This document shows positions 1 to 10,599 of a DNA stretch of 64,000 nucleotides, piece after piece. This stretch comes from Candidatus Paceibacter sp. GTDB taxonomy: Bacteria > Patescibacteriota > Minisyncoccia > Phycocordibacterales > GCA-2747955. Under the pieces are notes generated by a model. It ran no database searches. It was not told the DNA's origin and was given only the letters and a program-made list of their open reading frames with translations. Where the stretch lies: positions 568 through 64,567 of the forward strand of contig JABACC010000013.1 of assembly GCA_014237915.1 (NCBI GenBank). Reading direction: 5' to 3'. A program made the position numbers and the translations under genes. Every line of letters begins with the position of its first letter. Position 1 is the first letter of the stretch.

Positions 1-1
1 T

Positions 2-745
2 AAAATTATTGTTGTAAATGGCGATGATGAAAATTCAGAAGATTTTTTAAATTTCAAAATAGAAAACAAAAAAAGATTCAGTTTAAAAGATGCTGGTGAA
101 TATGAAATTTTAAAAGATGGAATAAAATTTTTTTATGGAGGAGAAGAAATTATTTCTCCACTAAGAGGAGAGTTTAATTTACAAAATATTTTGGCTGCCA
201 TTTCTGTTGCAAGATTTTTTGGAATTTCCACTGACAAAATAAAAAACATAATTAGAAATTTTTCTGGAATTTCTGGCAGAGTTGAAAAAGTTGAAGCTGG
301 CCAAGATTTTGAAATTATTGTCGATTATGCGCACACTCCAGATTCATTAGAAAAACTTTATCAAGCTTTTGGGATGAATAAAAAAATTTGTGTTTTAGGA
401 AACACAGGTGGAGGAAGAGACAGGTGGAAAAGACCAGAAATGGCAACAATCGCTGAAAGATATTGTTCTGAAATAATTTTAACAAACGAAGATCCATACG
501 ACGAAGATCCAGAGGCAATTTTAAAAGATATGTCGGACGCCATAAAAAGACCAATTTTTACAAAAATATTAGATAGAAGAGAAGCAATCAAAACCGCTTT
601 GAAAAAAGCAAAAAAAGGGGATAGTGTTTTAATTACAGGAAAGGGGACTGATCCATATATTATGGAAGAGGGTGGTAAAAAAACCCCTTGGCTTGATTCG
701 AAGGTTGCAAAAGAAGAAATGGAAAAAATTTTGAATAAACAATAA
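2..745 (+). CDS. murE: UDP-N-acetylmuramoyl-dipeptide:diamino acid ligase MurE, 5' partial (frame open to window start)
   Basis: Mur ligase C-terminal motifs GRVE..., IVDYAHTPDSL, GGGRD..KRP.M, T.EDPY.EDP, DRREAI..A, LITGKG. Confidence 0.9.
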   Translation, partial: KIIVVNGDDENSEDFLNFKIENKKRFSLKDAGEYEILKDGIKFFYGGEEIISPLRGEFNLQNILAAISVARFFGISTDKIKNIIRNFSGISGRVEKVEAGQDFEIIVDYAHTPDSLEKLYQAFGMNKKICVLGNTGGGRDRWKRPEMATIAERYCSEIILTNEDPYDEDPEAILKDMSDAIKRPIFTKILDRREAIKTALKKAKKGDSVLITGKGTDPYIMEEGGKKTPWLDSKVAKEEMEKILNKQ

Positions 746-790
746 AAGCTGATATACTTTAAAATAATTATTGGTTTATTTTTTATTTTT

Positions 791-3700
791 ATGTTAAAAA
801 AAAACACTTTTTTTATAAATAATATTTTTAACAAAAGCATTTTTTTTTTGTGTGTTTTATTTTTTGTTTTATTTATTTTTGCAAAAGCATCTTCTGTTTC
901 TGTAAGCTCACTAACAGATGGTTTAGGAAATAACCTTCTTGCAGACGATGGTCCGTATAACTTATCTTCTATAGTCGCATCAGGAACAACTAACGTTTCT
1001 GAGGAACTTCCAATAGCTGCTGTATTATCTGGGCCAGAAGGAATCAATGTTCTAGACGAAACTCTAACAGATTCTTCAGGAAATTGGACTTTAGATAATT
1101 CTTCTAACCCTTTAAGCTTTGCTCCAACTGGAGAAAATGATTTATGGATAGGTCAATATTTTAATACACACGCAATTGAAAAAGAAACATGGAGGGATAT
1201 GGCAACTGATGGAAATGGTAATTTTGTGGCAGTTGCTAAAAATAAAAAATATGCATATTCTAATGACTATGGAAAAACATGGACTGCAGCAATTAATTTA
1301 AGTGATGAAAAATTATTAGATATTTTTTATGATACAAATCTTAATTTGTTTATGGCCTCAGGTTTTGCAAACAGCGGAGGTGCTAGAATTTTAACATCTA
1401 GCGACGGATCAACTTGGACAATTTATGATAGCCAAACCCTAAATTCTCAGTTTGATGATTCTGAATTTAATAAATTAATTTATGATGGAGCAGGTGTTTA
1501 TGTGGCAGTTTCTGATAATTCTAAAATAATGTATTCTTCAGACATAACATCTTCTTGGAATTATGCAACACAAATAGCAGCAGACATTCATCTATATAGT
1601 CTTACTCATGATGGGGTTAATTTTTGGGCCATTGGAGGTGGGGGAACAATAATAAAATCTTCTGATGGGATAACTTGGAATAGTGTTCCTCAATCTGTAA
1701 CAACAGATAATATTTATGGAATTATAAATTATGGTACTGATAAACTTATGGCTTATGGTGCTGGAGGTATGATAATGAAGTCAGAAGATAATGGAGCCTC
1801 ATGGACTGATTTATCAGCAAATGTACCAACAGATCTTCAGGATAATTTTTTCAGTGAATCTGTATACCATAATGGAGTTATTTACATAACAGGTGGAAAT
1901 GGAACTTTTATTTTTTCAGAAGACGAAGGTCTTACTTGGGATGAAAAATATTCAAATCCTGACGATGGTTCTTTTTATGGATTAACTTTGGATGGAGATA
2001 AAATTTATGCAATTTTATTTAAGGAAGAAGTTAAGGTTTTAGACTTAGTCCCATCTTTTTCAGATTATTCTGTGACCATCACAGATATTCCACAAGATAT
2101 TTCTCAACCAGATGGATCTGTTAATCTTATCGACTCTTCAGATAATGGGGCATCAAACACTGATAATCTAACAAACGATCCCAGACCAATAGTAGAAGTA
2201 GGGCCTTGTCAGGAAGCCACTTCAAAGCTAGTTTTGTACGCCATAGGGACGACATTTAATAATGATAAATATTATGAATTAGGAAGATCTTCTTGTCTGG
2301 ATACTTCGTCAAACTTAGAGATAACCCCAACTTATGATCTTCAGGCAGGAAATGGAGAAGTTTATAACTTTAAATATAGTGAAGTCTCTCAAACAAATGT
2401 AGAGACTGAACTATCATCAACATCTTTAGATATAACGATAGATTTAAATACACCAAGTCAAGTTAAGATTGATCTTGCTCAAGGAGCTTCCTTTGTTGAT
2501 TCAGTAAGTTTTAGTCTTTCGAATTTAGAAATAGGTGCAACTTACGAGTACGTTATAGATGAAAGCCCAATAAGTTCCTCGAATCCCTTGAGTTTTTCAG
2601 CCACAACCTCTTCAGAGTCAGTTAGCTTAGACAATGTTGATATATCATCCCTAAATGATGGTCTGCTAGTTGTTTATGCAAATTCAACAGATAAAGCTGG
2701 TAATAAAAATTCTAATAATCAAGCTTATTTTCAAAAAGCCTCTGTTCCTATAAATATTCCAACATTCGAAGTTTTAACTAGCACTAATTCAGTAAAAACA
2801 TCTGACTTTGAAACAAATATAAAACCAGGAGATTCTTATACCTTGGGGACTATACAAAATATTGTTTTAGATTCAAGATCATCAAGTACTTCAGATATAA
2901 AAATTAAATTAGGAGGAGTGGAAGTATCAGCTATTGATACCAGCTCGGAAAATATTTATAAGATATTTTATACAGTGGAAGATTTAAATTTTTTAAACAT
3001 ATCAAAAACAATTACTGAGACGTTAACTATTGCAGATGACACTCAGGGCCCAACCTTCGAAGTTCTAACATCATTTGGTGATATAAAAACATCTGACTTT
3101 GAAACAAAAATATATTCAGGTTACGATTATCAAACAGGGAGTATTCAAAATATTTCAGATGAGTCTGGAGCAAACGGAGGAGTCACGATAGGCGATATAG
3201 GAACAGACCCCGGAATTTATACAGTTGAATACAAGGTTACAGATAGTTCAACTAGTGCAAACAGCTCTTCGATAGTAGAAACTGTCTACGTTTATCACGA
3301 AGAGATATTTTTGGGCCTTACATTAACGACAAGTAAGAATAAGATCTTTTCAGATACTTTTTTATATGGAGCTGAAAATTTTTCTGATGATGGAATGTAT
3401 TTTTATGTAATATTAGACAGCAATTTAGTTGGCTACCAATTAACTACCGCTTACGATATAAGTTCTTTAGATTTAAATTTAAAAACAACAATAATCAATT
3501 TATCTACTGAAATAACTTTTTCAGAACCAGAAAAACTTACAATTGTAAACTATGATGACGATGGGGATGGTACAGACGATAGAGCTATTATATTTATTGC
3601 TGACCCTGATAAAAACAGATTGTTTAGAATAGAGACTAATAAACCAGTAGAGGAACTCACAAATCTAGATAGCCACTTAATTTCAGTAGATGAAATCATA

Positions 3701-6271
3701 ATAATAAAAAACAATTCTTTTTTTAACTCCCTAGTATCTGTTGATTTCTCAGAAGATGGAAATATAATGTTTTTATTAGATTCTCAAACAAATACATTAT
3801 ACAAGTTTAATTTAAAAAGCCCGTATAATTTAGAAAACTTAAATTTTTCTAATCCTGATGAACAAATCAATGTTGGTTTCGATAATGGAGCCACCCTGAA
3901 AGATTTTATTTTTATTAATAATGGACACACACTAGTATTTGTAGATAGTGGTGCATACTTAAGAAGATATGATTTTAAATATCCCTATGTTTTAGAATCC
4001 TCAATTGTCTCTGATAATAATAAAATTTTAGATAAATTCTCAACACATTATTTTGATGTGGATAGTTACACTTTAGTAGGTGGCGTTCATGATGAAGACA
4101 ACCTATTTCTTCTTAGATCGAAAAAACCAACTTTTAAGAACAGTTATCTTTATTTTAGAGAGTATTCTATTCAGTATGATACAACCAACTTTCCATTACC
4201 AACAAGGCCTAGTTTAAATGAAACAACTGACATTAATTTAAAAGACAATATTACAAATATAGAAAAACCAATAGTAGACGGAGAATGTACAGATGGAAAT
4301 AATGTAAAAATTTATCTAAATGATTCGCTCGCAGGATCTTCCACTTGTTCTTCAGGAGCTTTCTCAATACCAAGCTCTGTTTCTTTAGAGGAAGGGGATA
4401 ACGAAATTGTTTTTACAGAAACAATTAATGGAAATGAAGGAGAAAAATCAAATATACTTTGGGTTAATTATGATATAACCAAACCAGATATAGATCTTGA
4501 AGAAGATATTTTTTTATCTGGAAACTCTGAACTTTTAATTGATATTAAGGAGTACCCAACCATTGAAGGCCCTGGATTATCTGACGGTTGTAAAAATTCT
4601 GGAAACCAGAATTATGTAAATATTTTTATTAATGATGTTTTCGCAGGTTCAGGTACTTGTTTTTCTGAAAAAGGAGAATTTAATTTTTCAGTCACAAGCA
4701 CAGAGCCTCTAGTTGAAGGATTAAATAAAATTGACTATACTGTTTATTTTTTAGGTACGGAGACAGATGGCCAGGAATCTTTATGGGTTTATTATGACCC
4801 GTTAAGTACGACTGCTCAAACAGATGATCTTTTTGAGTCATCGGACGATACGGTAAAATTAAACATACAAGATGAAAATAATTATATAAATTTATATGAT
4901 TTTTCAACACTAGAAGATTGTAGTGACATCGTAGACTACAATTATCATATTTATAATGGAGTAGAGGAAAAAGTTACAAATCCAGACAATCAGTCTTTTT
5001 ATTATGTTTGTTTAAAATCAGAAGATTTAGCTGGAAATATTTCTTATTTGAAGACATCCTCACCAATAAGTATGAGTCTTGATAATGATGATGACGGATC
5101 GTCCGACTATGAAGAGTTTACACTCTCTATGATAAATTTTTCAGACGAAGATATTGATAATGATGGAACTAAAGATAGTCATCAAAAGAATTTTGTAGGA
5201 AGAGTAAACTCAAGAAATAAAGAGCCGATGTTTATTAGAATAAACGATTCTTCTTCTTGTAAAATAATAAAAGACTTTGATTATATTGATGATCCAACCG
5301 CCACCTCAGATTCCTTTAGGTTTCCCTTAGATCTTTTTTATTTTGAACTAGAGTGTGAAAATAGGAGAGATTCAGCTGAGATTACCATTTATTTTGATAA
5401 GGTTTATGATACTACAAACTGGCTCTTTAGAAAAATGAAGCAAGATGGTTCTTTTGTTAGTAGTATTGATGGAATGGTAAATTACGCAACAGCTACATTA
5501 AAAAATAATAAAGAAGTAACAACGATAACCTACACAGTGGAAGACGGGGGAGTGTATGATTATGATGAAACAATAGATAAAAAAATAATAGATCCTATCG
5601 GGGTTACAATATCTGATGATGTTTATGGGTGTAATGATGTTAGTGCTGAAAATTATGATCCTTTTTCTAACTTAAATGACGGATCTTGTATTTATTCAAA
5701 TCCTATTTACGGATGTACTAGCTCTTCTGCTTTAAATTATGATGGTTCTGCAAATACAGACGATGGATCTTGTACGTATACCGGCACTAGCAGCGGTGGA
5801 GGCGGAGGAGGAGGATCTTCTTATGATATAGAAACTGATAGCCCTTCAAATATTTCTTCAAACTCTGCTATTTTGGATGGAAAAGTTAAAGATGAAGATG
5901 ATTGGGAAATTTACTTTATCTTATCTAAAACTGATTCAAGACCTTCTTGTTCTGATGAATCAGACGAGGAAGATAAATATACCGTCTATACATTAGATGG
6001 AAAATATAATGAAAACGAAGATTTTTCTTACCAGGTAGATAATTTAGATTCAGATACAGAGTATTATTATAGAGCATGTGGAATTGATAGTGATGGAGAC
6101 ATTGAAAATGGAGATTCTAAAAAATCTTTCACTACTTTAACTTATATTGAGGCTGAAGTGATTTATGAAGAGGAAGAAGAAGATCAAAAGGAAGCCTTAA
6201 GAGGACAGCTAATTATTTTAATGACAAAGTTAGTTTCTTTATTAGAAGAAAAACTTAAATTTTTAAACTAA
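791..6271 (+). CDS. Giant (1826 aa) modular secreted/surface protein, adhesin-like
   Basis: Hydrophobic N-terminal signal; Asp-box repeats (SNDYGKTW, SSDGSTW, SEDNGASW, SEDEGLTW); Ig-like modules (SSDNGASNTDNLTNDPRP); choice-of-anchor-U-like region (YTVEDGGVYDYD...IIDPIG); two YGC...A.NY...DGSC.Y repeats; poly-Gly linker; FN3-like LDSDTEYYYRAC; C-terminal amphipathic helix. Confidence 0.8.
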   Translation: MLKKNTFFINNIFNKSIFFLCVLFFVLFIFAKASSVSVSSLTDGLGNNLLADDGPYNLSSIVASGTTNVSEELPIAAVLSGPEGINVLDETLTDSSGNWTLDNSSNPLSFAPTGENDLWIGQYFNTHAIEKETWRDMATDGNGNFVAVAKNKKYAYSNDYGKTWTAAINLSDEKLLDIFYDTNLNLFMASGFANSGGARILTSSDGSTWTIYDSQTLNSQFDDSEFNKLIYDGAGVYVAVSDNSKIMYSSDITSSWNYATQIAADIHLYSLTHDGVNFWAIGGGGTIIKSSDGITWNSVPQSVTTDNIYGIINYGTDKLMAYGAGGMIMKSEDNGASWTDLSANVPTDLQDNFFSESVYHNGVIYITGGNGTFIFSEDEGLTWDEKYSNPDDGSFYGLTLDGDKIYAILFKEEVKVLDLVPSFSDYSVTITDIPQDISQPDGSVNLIDSSDNGASNTDNLTNDPRPIVEVGPCQEATSKLVLYAIGTTFNNDKYYELGRSSCLDTSSNLEITPTYDLQAGNGEVYNFKYSEVSQTNVETELSSTSLDITIDLNTPSQVKIDLAQGASFVDSVSFSLSNLEIGATYEYVIDESPISSSNPLSFSATTSSESVSLDNVDISSLNDGLLVVYANSTDKAGNKNSNNQAYFQKASVPINIPTFEVLTSTNSVKTSDFETNIKPGDSYTLGTIQNIVLDSRSSSTSDIKIKLGGVEVSAIDTSSENIYKIFYTVEDLNFLNISKTITETLTIADDTQGPTFEVLTSFGDIKTSDFETKIYSGYDYQTGSIQNISDESGANGGVTIGDIGTDPGIYTVEYKVTDSSTSANSSSIVETVYVYHEEIFLGLTLTTSKNKIFSDTFLYGAENFSDDGMYFYVILDSNLVGYQLTTAYDISSLDLNLKTTIINLSTEITFSEPEKLTIVNYDDDGDGTDDRAIIFIADPDKNRLFRIETNKPVEELTNLDSHLISVDEIIIIKNNSFFNSLVSVDFSEDGNIMFLLDSQTNTLYKFNLKSPYNLENLNFSNPDEQINVGFDNGATLKDFIFINNGHTLVFVDSGAYLRRYDFKYPYVLESSIVSDNNKILDKFSTHYFDVDSYTLVGGVHDEDNLFLLRSKKPTFKNSYLYFREYSIQYDTTNFPLPTRPSLNETTDINLKDNITNIEKPIVDGECTDGNNVKIYLNDSLAGSSTCSSGAFSIPSSVSLEEGDNEIVFTETINGNEGEKSNILWVNYDITKPDIDLEEDIFLSGNSELLIDIKEYPTIEGPGLSDGCKNSGNQNYVNIFINDVFAGSGTCFSEKGEFNFSVTSTEPLVEGLNKIDYTVYFLGTETDGQESLWVYYDPLSTTAQTDDLFESSDDTVKLNIQDENNYINLYDFSTLEDCSDIVDYNYHIYNGVEEKVTNPDNQSFYYVCLKSEDLAGNISYLKTSSPISMSLDNDDDGSSDYEEFTLSMINFSDEDIDNDGTKDSHQKNFVGRVNSRNKEPMFIRINDSSSCKIIKDFDYIDDPTATSDSFRFPLDLFYFELECENRRDSAEITIYFDKVYDTTNWLFRKMKQDGSFVSSIDGMVNYATATLKNNKEVTTITYTVEDGGVYDYDETIDKKIIDPIGVTISDDVYGCNDVSAENYDPFSNLNDGSCIYSNPIYGCTSSSALNYDGSANTDDGSCTYTGTSSGGGGGGGSSYDIETDSPSNISSNSAILDGKVKDEDDWEIYFILSKTDSRPSCSDESDEEDKYTVYTLDGKYNENEDFSYQVDNLDSDTEYYYRACGIDSDGDIENGDSKKSFTTLTYIEAEVIYEEEEEDQKEALRGQLIILMTKLVSLLEEKLKFLN

Positions 6272-6314
6272 TTATTCCAAAAAATAAAATTTTTAAATAG
6301 GAAATAAATAATTG

Positions 6315-6355
6315 AAAACAAAAAGTGCGCACCGAAGGTGCGCACTTTTTGTTTT
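6315..6355. repeat. Family A palindrome GTGCGC-AC-C-GAA-G-GT-GCGCAC with A/T flanks (probable terminator, REP-like)
   Basis: Perfect inverted repeat, core 6325-6345; related copies at 19498, 45957, 55327, 57397. Confidence 0.85.
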
Positions 6356-6392
6356 TTAAAATTTTAAAAATTGTTATAATTTAATTAAAATT

Positions 6393-6692
6393 ATGGAAAG
6401 TGAAAATAAAAAAATAGTTGAAAATTTAGCAGATCTTTCAAGGATAAATTTAAGTGAAGCTGAGGTGGAAAAATTTTCGAACTCTTTTTTCGATGTTTTA
6501 GATTTTATAAATAAAATCAACTCTTTTTCTTTCGAAGATAAAGAAAATAATAAAAAAGATTTTTCCTTAAAAAACATAACCAGAAAAGATGAAGTTTTAG
6601 AATCATCAGAAAAGGAAAAAGGAGAGATTTTAAAAAATATGCCGAAAGTAGAAAATGGATATTTAAAAGTTAAAAAAATTTTGCCAAATTAA
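6393..6692 (+). CDS. gatC: Asp/Glu-tRNA amidotransferase subunit C
   Basis: LADLSRINLSE.E, NITRKDEV, GYLKVKKIL; 99 aa; gatA lies nearby. Confidence 0.9.
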   Translation: MESENKKIVENLADLSRINLSEAEVEKFSNSFFDVLDFINKINSFSFEDKENNKKDFSLKNITRKDEVLESSEKEKGEILKNMPKVENGYLKVKKILPN

Positions 6693-6695
6693 TTT

Positions 6696-7535
6696 ATGAA
6701 AAATTTTGTTGTTAAAAAAGGAGATGGTTCAACCCAAGTTTTTCAAAGAAAAAAACTGAAAAACTCTTTAAAAAAAGCTGGAGCTTCAGAATCTGATTCA
6801 GAAAATATTACAAAACACATTGAAAAAGAACTTTTTGATGGAATTACTACAAACAAAATTTATTCGCACGCTTTTTCTTTTTTAAAAAAAGAGAAAAAAC
6901 AAGCGCTTTATAATTACTCTTTAAGAAGAGCCATTTCAGAACTTGGACCATCTGGGTTTCCATTTGAAATTTTTTTAGCAAAAGTTTTAGAAAAAAATGG
7001 TTGGCAAAATGTTAAGGTCGGCAGAAAAATTAAAGGTTTCTGTGTTTCTCATGAAGTTGATATTGTGGCAGAAAATGAGGAAAAATTAATGACGGCAGAA
7101 TTAAAATTTCATAATAAACCAAATATTAAAACAGATGTAAAAGTTATTTTGTATGTCAGAGAAAGATTTAGAGATATTTTAAAGTCTGGTTTTTATGCTG
7201 AAAAAAAACCGGTTTATTCTGTGATAACAAACACAAAATTTTCTTCAAATGCTGTAACTTATGGAAATTGTTCTGGAATGTATTTACTTTCTTGGAATTA
7301 TCCAAAAAATGAAAATATTCAAACGATGGTTGAAAAAGCCAAGCTGCACCCAATAACAGCCCTTACCAGTATTTCAAAAACAGAAAAAAGATATATTTTA
7401 AAAGAAGGAATTGTTCTATGCTCTGATTTAATTAAAAACAATGGAGAAAAACTAAGAAAAACAAAAGTTATTCCAAAAAGTAAAATTCAAAAAATTATTG
7501 ATGAGTCTAAAATTGTTTGTGATTGTTGTGATTAG
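6696..7535 (+). CDS. ATP-cone domain fused to an Mrr-like PD-(D/E)xK nuclease domain
   Basis: N-terminal VVKKGDG...F...KL..SL..AG ATP cone; LGPSGFPFE, HEVDIVAE, AELKFHN, VITNTKFS. Confidence 0.85.
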   Translation: MKNFVVKKGDGSTQVFQRKKLKNSLKKAGASESDSENITKHIEKELFDGITTNKIYSHAFSFLKKEKKQALYNYSLRRAISELGPSGFPFEIFLAKVLEKNGWQNVKVGRKIKGFCVSHEVDIVAENEEKLMTAELKFHNKPNIKTDVKVILYVRERFRDILKSGFYAEKKPVYSVITNTKFSSNAVTYGNCSGMYLLSWNYPKNENIQTMVEKAKLHPITALTSISKTEKRYILKEGIVLCSDLIKNNGEKLRKTKVIPKSKIQKIIDESKIVCDCCD

Positions 7536-7547
7536 TATTTTTTTATA

Positions 7548-7582
7548 AAAAAGCGGATTTGCCTTTGGCAAATCCGCTTTTT
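7548..7582. repeat. Family B palindrome GCGGATTTGCC-TTT-GGCAAATCCGC between convergent genes (bidirectional terminator-like)
   Basis: Perfect stem 7553-7577 flanked by A and T runs; differs by 1 nt from the copy inside rnhB. Confidence 0.85.
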
Positions 7583-7604
7583 TATTTTTAAATTTTTGTA
7601 AAAA

Positions 7605-8048
7605 CTATCTTGCTTTTATTTTTCTTTTTCTGTCTTTGTCTATTTTTGGAAGTTTAATTGATAAAATTCCGTTTCTGATTTTTGCATCAGATTCTTCAAT
7701 ATCAATTTCTTTTGGAAGTAAAATTTTTCGTGTGTATGATCCCCAAGAAAGTTCTTTTTGGAAATAATTTTCTTCACTAACTTCTGAAAATTCAGACCTA
7801 GATCCTATTATCGTAACCATATCCCTTGTTATATCGATATCTAAGTTGTCTGTAGTTGTTCCCGGAACAAAACCCTTTATATATAGATAGTCCGCATCTT
7901 CATATAAATCAACCTGCAAATCTACACTTATTTCTTCCTCATCTAAAATATTTTCTAAAGAATTATCCTCACCATCTTCTAAAACATCCTCGTCGTATTC
8001 TTCATAATTCATATCTGATCCTGTAATTTTTTTAAAAAAGTTTTTCAT
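7605..8048 (-). CDS. Small heat-shock protein Hsp20/alpha-crystallin
   Basis: VDLYED...LYIK...PG, E.SWGSYTRKILLP.EID, A.IRNGILSIKLPK. Confidence 0.9.
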   Translation of the reverse strand: MKNFFKKITGSDMNYEEYDEDVLEDGEDNSLENILDEEEISVDLQVDLYEDADYLYIKGFVPGTTTDNLDIDITRDMVTIIGSRSEFSEVSEENYFQKELSWGSYTRKILLPKEIDIEESDAKIRNGILSIKLPKIDKDRKRKIKAR

Positions 8049-8144
8049 AAATTTTATTTTATACAATTAATAATCTTATATAAAAATTTTATCAATTTTT
8101 TTACTAAAGCACAATTTTTTATTTTATATGTTAAAATTATTTTT

Positions 8145-9992
8145 ATGAAATCAGACCAAATAAGAAAAAAATATTTAGATTTTTTTGAAAAAAAACAACA
8201 CAAAATAATTCCTTCGTCTTCTCTTGTTCCTCAGGACGATCCCTCTGTTTTGTTTAACACAGCTGGAATGCAACAACTCACCCCGTATCTTTTAGGACAA
8301 AAACATCCAAAAGGAAAAAAATTAGCAAATATTCAAAAATGTTTAAGAACAAACGATATTGAAGAGGTGGGGGACAAATCTCACTTAACTTTTTTTGAAA
8401 TGGTGGGGCACTGGTCTTTGGGAGATTATTTTAAAGAAGAAGAAATTCCTCTAATGTATGAATTTTTAACAAGTAAAGATGGCTTAAATCTTTCTAAAGA
8501 CAGACTTTATTTTACAATTTTTGAAGGTGACAAAAATGCCCCAGAAGATAAAGAAGCTCTTGAGATTTGGAAAAAAATTGTCCCAGAAAACAGAGTTTAT
8601 TCTTTAAATGCTGAAGAAAATTTTTGGTCAGCAGGAGACTCAGGGCCTTGCGGGAGAGATAGCGAATATTTTTACGATACCACAGAAAAAGGTTTGGGAA
8701 ATTTAAGTAAAGAAGAATTTTTAATTCATTGTGAAAAATTAGACATTATAGAAATTTGTAATTCTGTTTTTATGGAATATGAAAAAAAAGATGGAAAAAT
8801 AATTAAAAACTTAAAAGAAAAAAATGTTGATTTTGGGGGCGGATTTGAAAGATGGTGTATTTTAAAGCAAAATGTTGAATCAGTTTATGAAACTGATTTA
8901 TTTAACTATTTTATAAAAATTTTAGAGGAAAATTCTGATAAAAACTATTTAATTCAAAATAAGGCTTATAGAATAATTTGCGATCACATGAGAGCTTCAG
9001 TTTTTTTAATTTCAGATGGAGTTTTACCTTCAAATAAAGATCAGGGTTATATTTTAAGAAAATTATTAAGAAGATCTTTGCTTTATTTGAAAAATATAAA
9101 TTTTAATTTAGAAAAAATGGATGTTTTACTTTTTTCTGTAGTTGATAAATACAAAGAATTTTATCCAAATTTAGAAGAAAAAAAAGATTTAATTTATTCT
9201 GAAATTTCAAAAGAATTTCAGAAATTTGAAAAAACTCTTCATTCAGGAATGAAAAAATTTGAAGAAATAGTTGATGTTACTAAAAAAAATAATAATGTTT
9301 GTAAGATTGATTGGGGTGTTTTCAATACTCTTGATTGCTGTAACGAAGTTTGCGGAAAAGACGCATACGATCTTTTTACTGTTTACGGTCTTCCTTTGGA
9401 AATTATAAAAGATGAGGCCCATAGGAGAGGAGTAGGAGTTGATGAAAAGAATTTTAACAAATTAATTGAAATTCATAAAGAAAGTTCAAGAATTTCTTCT
9501 GATGTAAAATTTAAAGGAGGTCTTGGGGGAGATTCTCCAAAAATTAGAGCTTTTCACACAACAACACACTTACTTTTAGCAGGTTTAAGAAAAATTTTAG
9601 GAGAACATGTGCATCAAGCTGGATCAAATATTACTGAAGAAAGGTCAAGGTTTGATTTTACTCACGATGAAAAAGTTCAAAGAGAGGTTTTGGACGAAGT
9701 GGAAAATTATGTAAATTCTGCAATAGAAAATAATATTAAAATTTACTCTGAGGTGATGGAAAAAGAAGAAGCAAAAAAACAAGGAGTAGAAGGATCTTTT
9801 TGGGAAAAATATCCAGACAAAGTTAGTGTTTATGTGATGAAAGACGATCTTGGAAATATTTATTCTCGTGAGCTTTGTGGGGGGCCGCACGTTGAAAATT
9901 CTGCAGAAATTTCGCAATTTGGGAAGTTTAAAATAAAAAAAGAAGAATCATCTTCAGCTGGAGTAAGAAGAGTTAAATGCATTTTTGTGTAA
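8145..9992 (+). CDS. alaS: Alanine--tRNA ligase, short form lacking the C-Ala domain
   Basis: IR.KYLDFF, LFNTAGMQ, QKCLRT.DI..VGD..HLTFFEM, editing motifs HTTTHLL and ELCGGPHV. Confidence 0.97.
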   Translation: MKSDQIRKKYLDFFEKKQHKIIPSSSLVPQDDPSVLFNTAGMQQLTPYLLGQKHPKGKKLANIQKCLRTNDIEEVGDKSHLTFFEMVGHWSLGDYFKEEEIPLMYEFLTSKDGLNLSKDRLYFTIFEGDKNAPEDKEALEIWKKIVPENRVYSLNAEENFWSAGDSGPCGRDSEYFYDTTEKGLGNLSKEEFLIHCEKLDIIEICNSVFMEYEKKDGKIIKNLKEKNVDFGGGFERWCILKQNVESVYETDLFNYFIKILEENSDKNYLIQNKAYRIICDHMRASVFLISDGVLPSNKDQGYILRKLLRRSLLYLKNINFNLEKMDVLLFSVVDKYKEFYPNLEEKKDLIYSEISKEFQKFEKTLHSGMKKFEEIVDVTKKNNNVCKIDWGVFNTLDCCNEVCGKDAYDLFTVYGLPLEIIKDEAHRRGVGVDEKNFNKLIEIHKESSRISSDVKFKGGLGGDSPKIRAFHTTTHLLLAGLRKILGEHVHQAGSNITEERSRFDFTHDEKVQREVLDEVENYVNSAIENNIKIYSEVMEKEEAKKQGVEGSFWEKYPDKVSVYVMKDDLGNIYSRELCGGPHVENSAEISQFGKFKIKKEESSSAGVRRVKCIFV

Positions 9993-10024
9993 TTTTTTTT
10001 AATTTTTTGTTAAAATAGGTTTAT

Positions 10025-10573
10025 ATGAATAATATAGATGAATTTAAAAATAAATTAAAAGAAACTGAAATTTTTTTAGCCAATGAGTTTAAAACAATTT
10101 CAACAGGGCTTGCAAGCCCACAGATTTTAGATGGAATAAAAGTTGAAGCTTATGGAGTTTTAACACCGCTTTCTCAACTTTCCTCAATATCTTCAGAAGG
10201 CCCAAAAAGCCTCTTTATTACACCATTTGATAAAAGTATTTCTAAAGATATTGAAAAAGTTTTATATGATTCTGATCTTGGTTTTTCTGTTAGCCCGAAT
10301 GACTCTGGAATTAGACTTTCATTTCCAGATTTAACAGCCGAAAGAAGAGAAATTTTAAAAAAATTAGCTCACTCAAAACACGAGGAAGCAAAGGTAAGAG
10401 TTAAAAAAGCTCGTGAAGATTATTGGAGTTTTTTACAAGAAAATCAAAAAAATGGGGAAATTTCAGAAGATGAAAAATTTTCTCAAAAAGAAAAAATGGA
10501 GGAAGAGGTAAAAAAAATAAATGATAATCTTTTAGAAAATTTAAAAAATAAAGAATCACAAATAGAAGATTAA
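10025..10573 (+). CDS. frr: Ribosome recycling factor
   Basis: TG.ASP.ILD.IKVEAYG...PL.QL, FP.LT.ERR, ISEDEK. Confidence 0.93.
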   Translation: MNNIDEFKNKLKETEIFLANEFKTISTGLASPQILDGIKVEAYGVLTPLSQLSSISSEGPKSLFITPFDKSISKDIEKVLYDSDLGFSVSPNDSGIRLSFPDLTAERREILKKLAHSKHEEAKVRVKKAREDYWSFLQENQKNGEISEDEKFSQKEKMEEEVKKINDNLLENLKNKESQIED

Positions 10574-10599
10574 ATCAAAAATATTAAAATTAAAAAATT

